A stretch of 64,000 bases of DNA, from the NCBI GenBank assembly GCA_963664305.2, contig CAXXLV010000002.1, positions 1,248,001 to 1,312,000 on the forward strand, read 5' to 3'. How positions within the stretch are numbered: the first letter of the stretch is position 1; each line of letters starts with the position of its first letter. Below the pieces are notes generated by a model. It ran no database searches. It was not told where the DNA came from and was given only the letters and a program-made list of their open reading frames with translations. The translations under genes and the position numbers were made by a program. Positions 63,514-64,000 of the stretch are shown here, one piece after another. Source of the stretch: an uncultured Aliarcobacter sp. GTDB lineage: Bacteria; Campylobacterota; Campylobacteria; Campylobacterales; Arcobacteraceae.

Positions 63514-63707
63514 TAGAATTCATTTCCTTCTATACTATTATATGAATATGTTTTTATCTCTTTATCCTCAACTATATAAGTGATTTCTATTGGTCTACAA
63601 CAAACTTCACAATCTTCAACTATTGTTGTAGGTTCATAAACTCCTGTGTCTAATAAAATTGAAATTGCTTGTAAACAATATGGACATTGTATATGTATCT
63701 CTTCCAT
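63513..63707 (-). CDS. CPXCG-motif cysteine-rich protein
   Basis: CPYC...EDCEVCCRPI. Confidence 0.85.
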   Translation of the reverse strand: MEEIHIQCPYCLQAISILLDTGVYEPTTIVEDCEVCCRPIEITYIVEDKEIKTYSYNSIEGNEF

Positions 63708-63739
63708 CTTTTTTCCTTTATTTCTTTAAAGTCTAAAAT

Positions 63740-63937
63740 ATGTTAATATTCCTCAAAAATTTCAAAGGATATATCATAGCTACTTGTAAAAATTGTAAAA
63801 ATGAAATCGAACCAAAAAAAAGACAATGCCCATACTGTGGAATTTTAAACCCAACAGTAACCCTAAAAGATGTTTTTGTAGGAATGGCTATAGTACTTTT
63901 TGTTATGAGTATCGTTACATATTTTGTAAATAACTAA
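63740..63937 (+). CDS. Small zinc-ribbon membrane protein (start uncertain)
   Basis: CKNC...CPYCG followed by a TM helix. Confidence 0.7.
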   Translation: MLIFLKNFKGYIIATCKNCKNEIEPKKRQCPYCGILNPTVTLKDVFVGMAIVLFVMSIVTYFVNN

Positions 63938-63939
63938 TT

Positions 63940-64000
63940 TTACCTTCTTATAACTGCGTAAATAAATCCAACAGCCAAACCAATAAAGTGAGCATACCAA
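63940..64000 (-). CDS. 3' end of probable rhomboid-family protease (partial)
   Basis: Minus frame reads WYAHFIGLAVGFIYAVIRR*, resembling the rhomboid AHxxG helix. Confidence 0.55.
   Translation of the reverse strand, partial: WYAHFIGLAVGFIYAVIRR

Overview
AT-rich epsilonproteobacterial chromosome window; gene content and style suggest Arcobacter/Aliarcobacter (inference). Most of it is housekeeping and signalling genes (lepB, rpiB, glpD, nth, uvrB, greA, cheV, argH, nifSU, sufBCDSE, a biotin carboxylase subunit, selO, MCPs, c-di-GMP enzymes). Four accessory or regulatory systems stand out. (1) A ~5.2 kb integrated rolling-circle element at 4709-9948, bounded by an exact 18-bp direct repeat. 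It encodes an RHH repressor, a putative SSB, a HUH Rep, an excisionase-like protein and a tyrosine integrase, but no virion or conjugation genes, and carries a DUF2513-like gene inside its own ~38-bp direct-repeat cassette. (2) A photo-oxidative-stress locus at 37.8-52.2 kb (furan/cyclopropane fatty-acid cluster, lipocalins, EAL protein, a (6-4)-type photolyase lacking the Fe-S cysteines, radical-SAM repair pair). Its promoters share a TACAAA-N7-TACAAA-N17-TANNNT architecture. (3) A REP-flanked RAYT unit whose two ends both coincide with gene truncations, next to a decayed type I secretion locus. (4) A palindromic Rrf2/IscR-like box shared by nifS, sufB and selO. No rRNA, tRNA or CRISPR array was seen. 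Family assignments come from motif recognition, not database searches.
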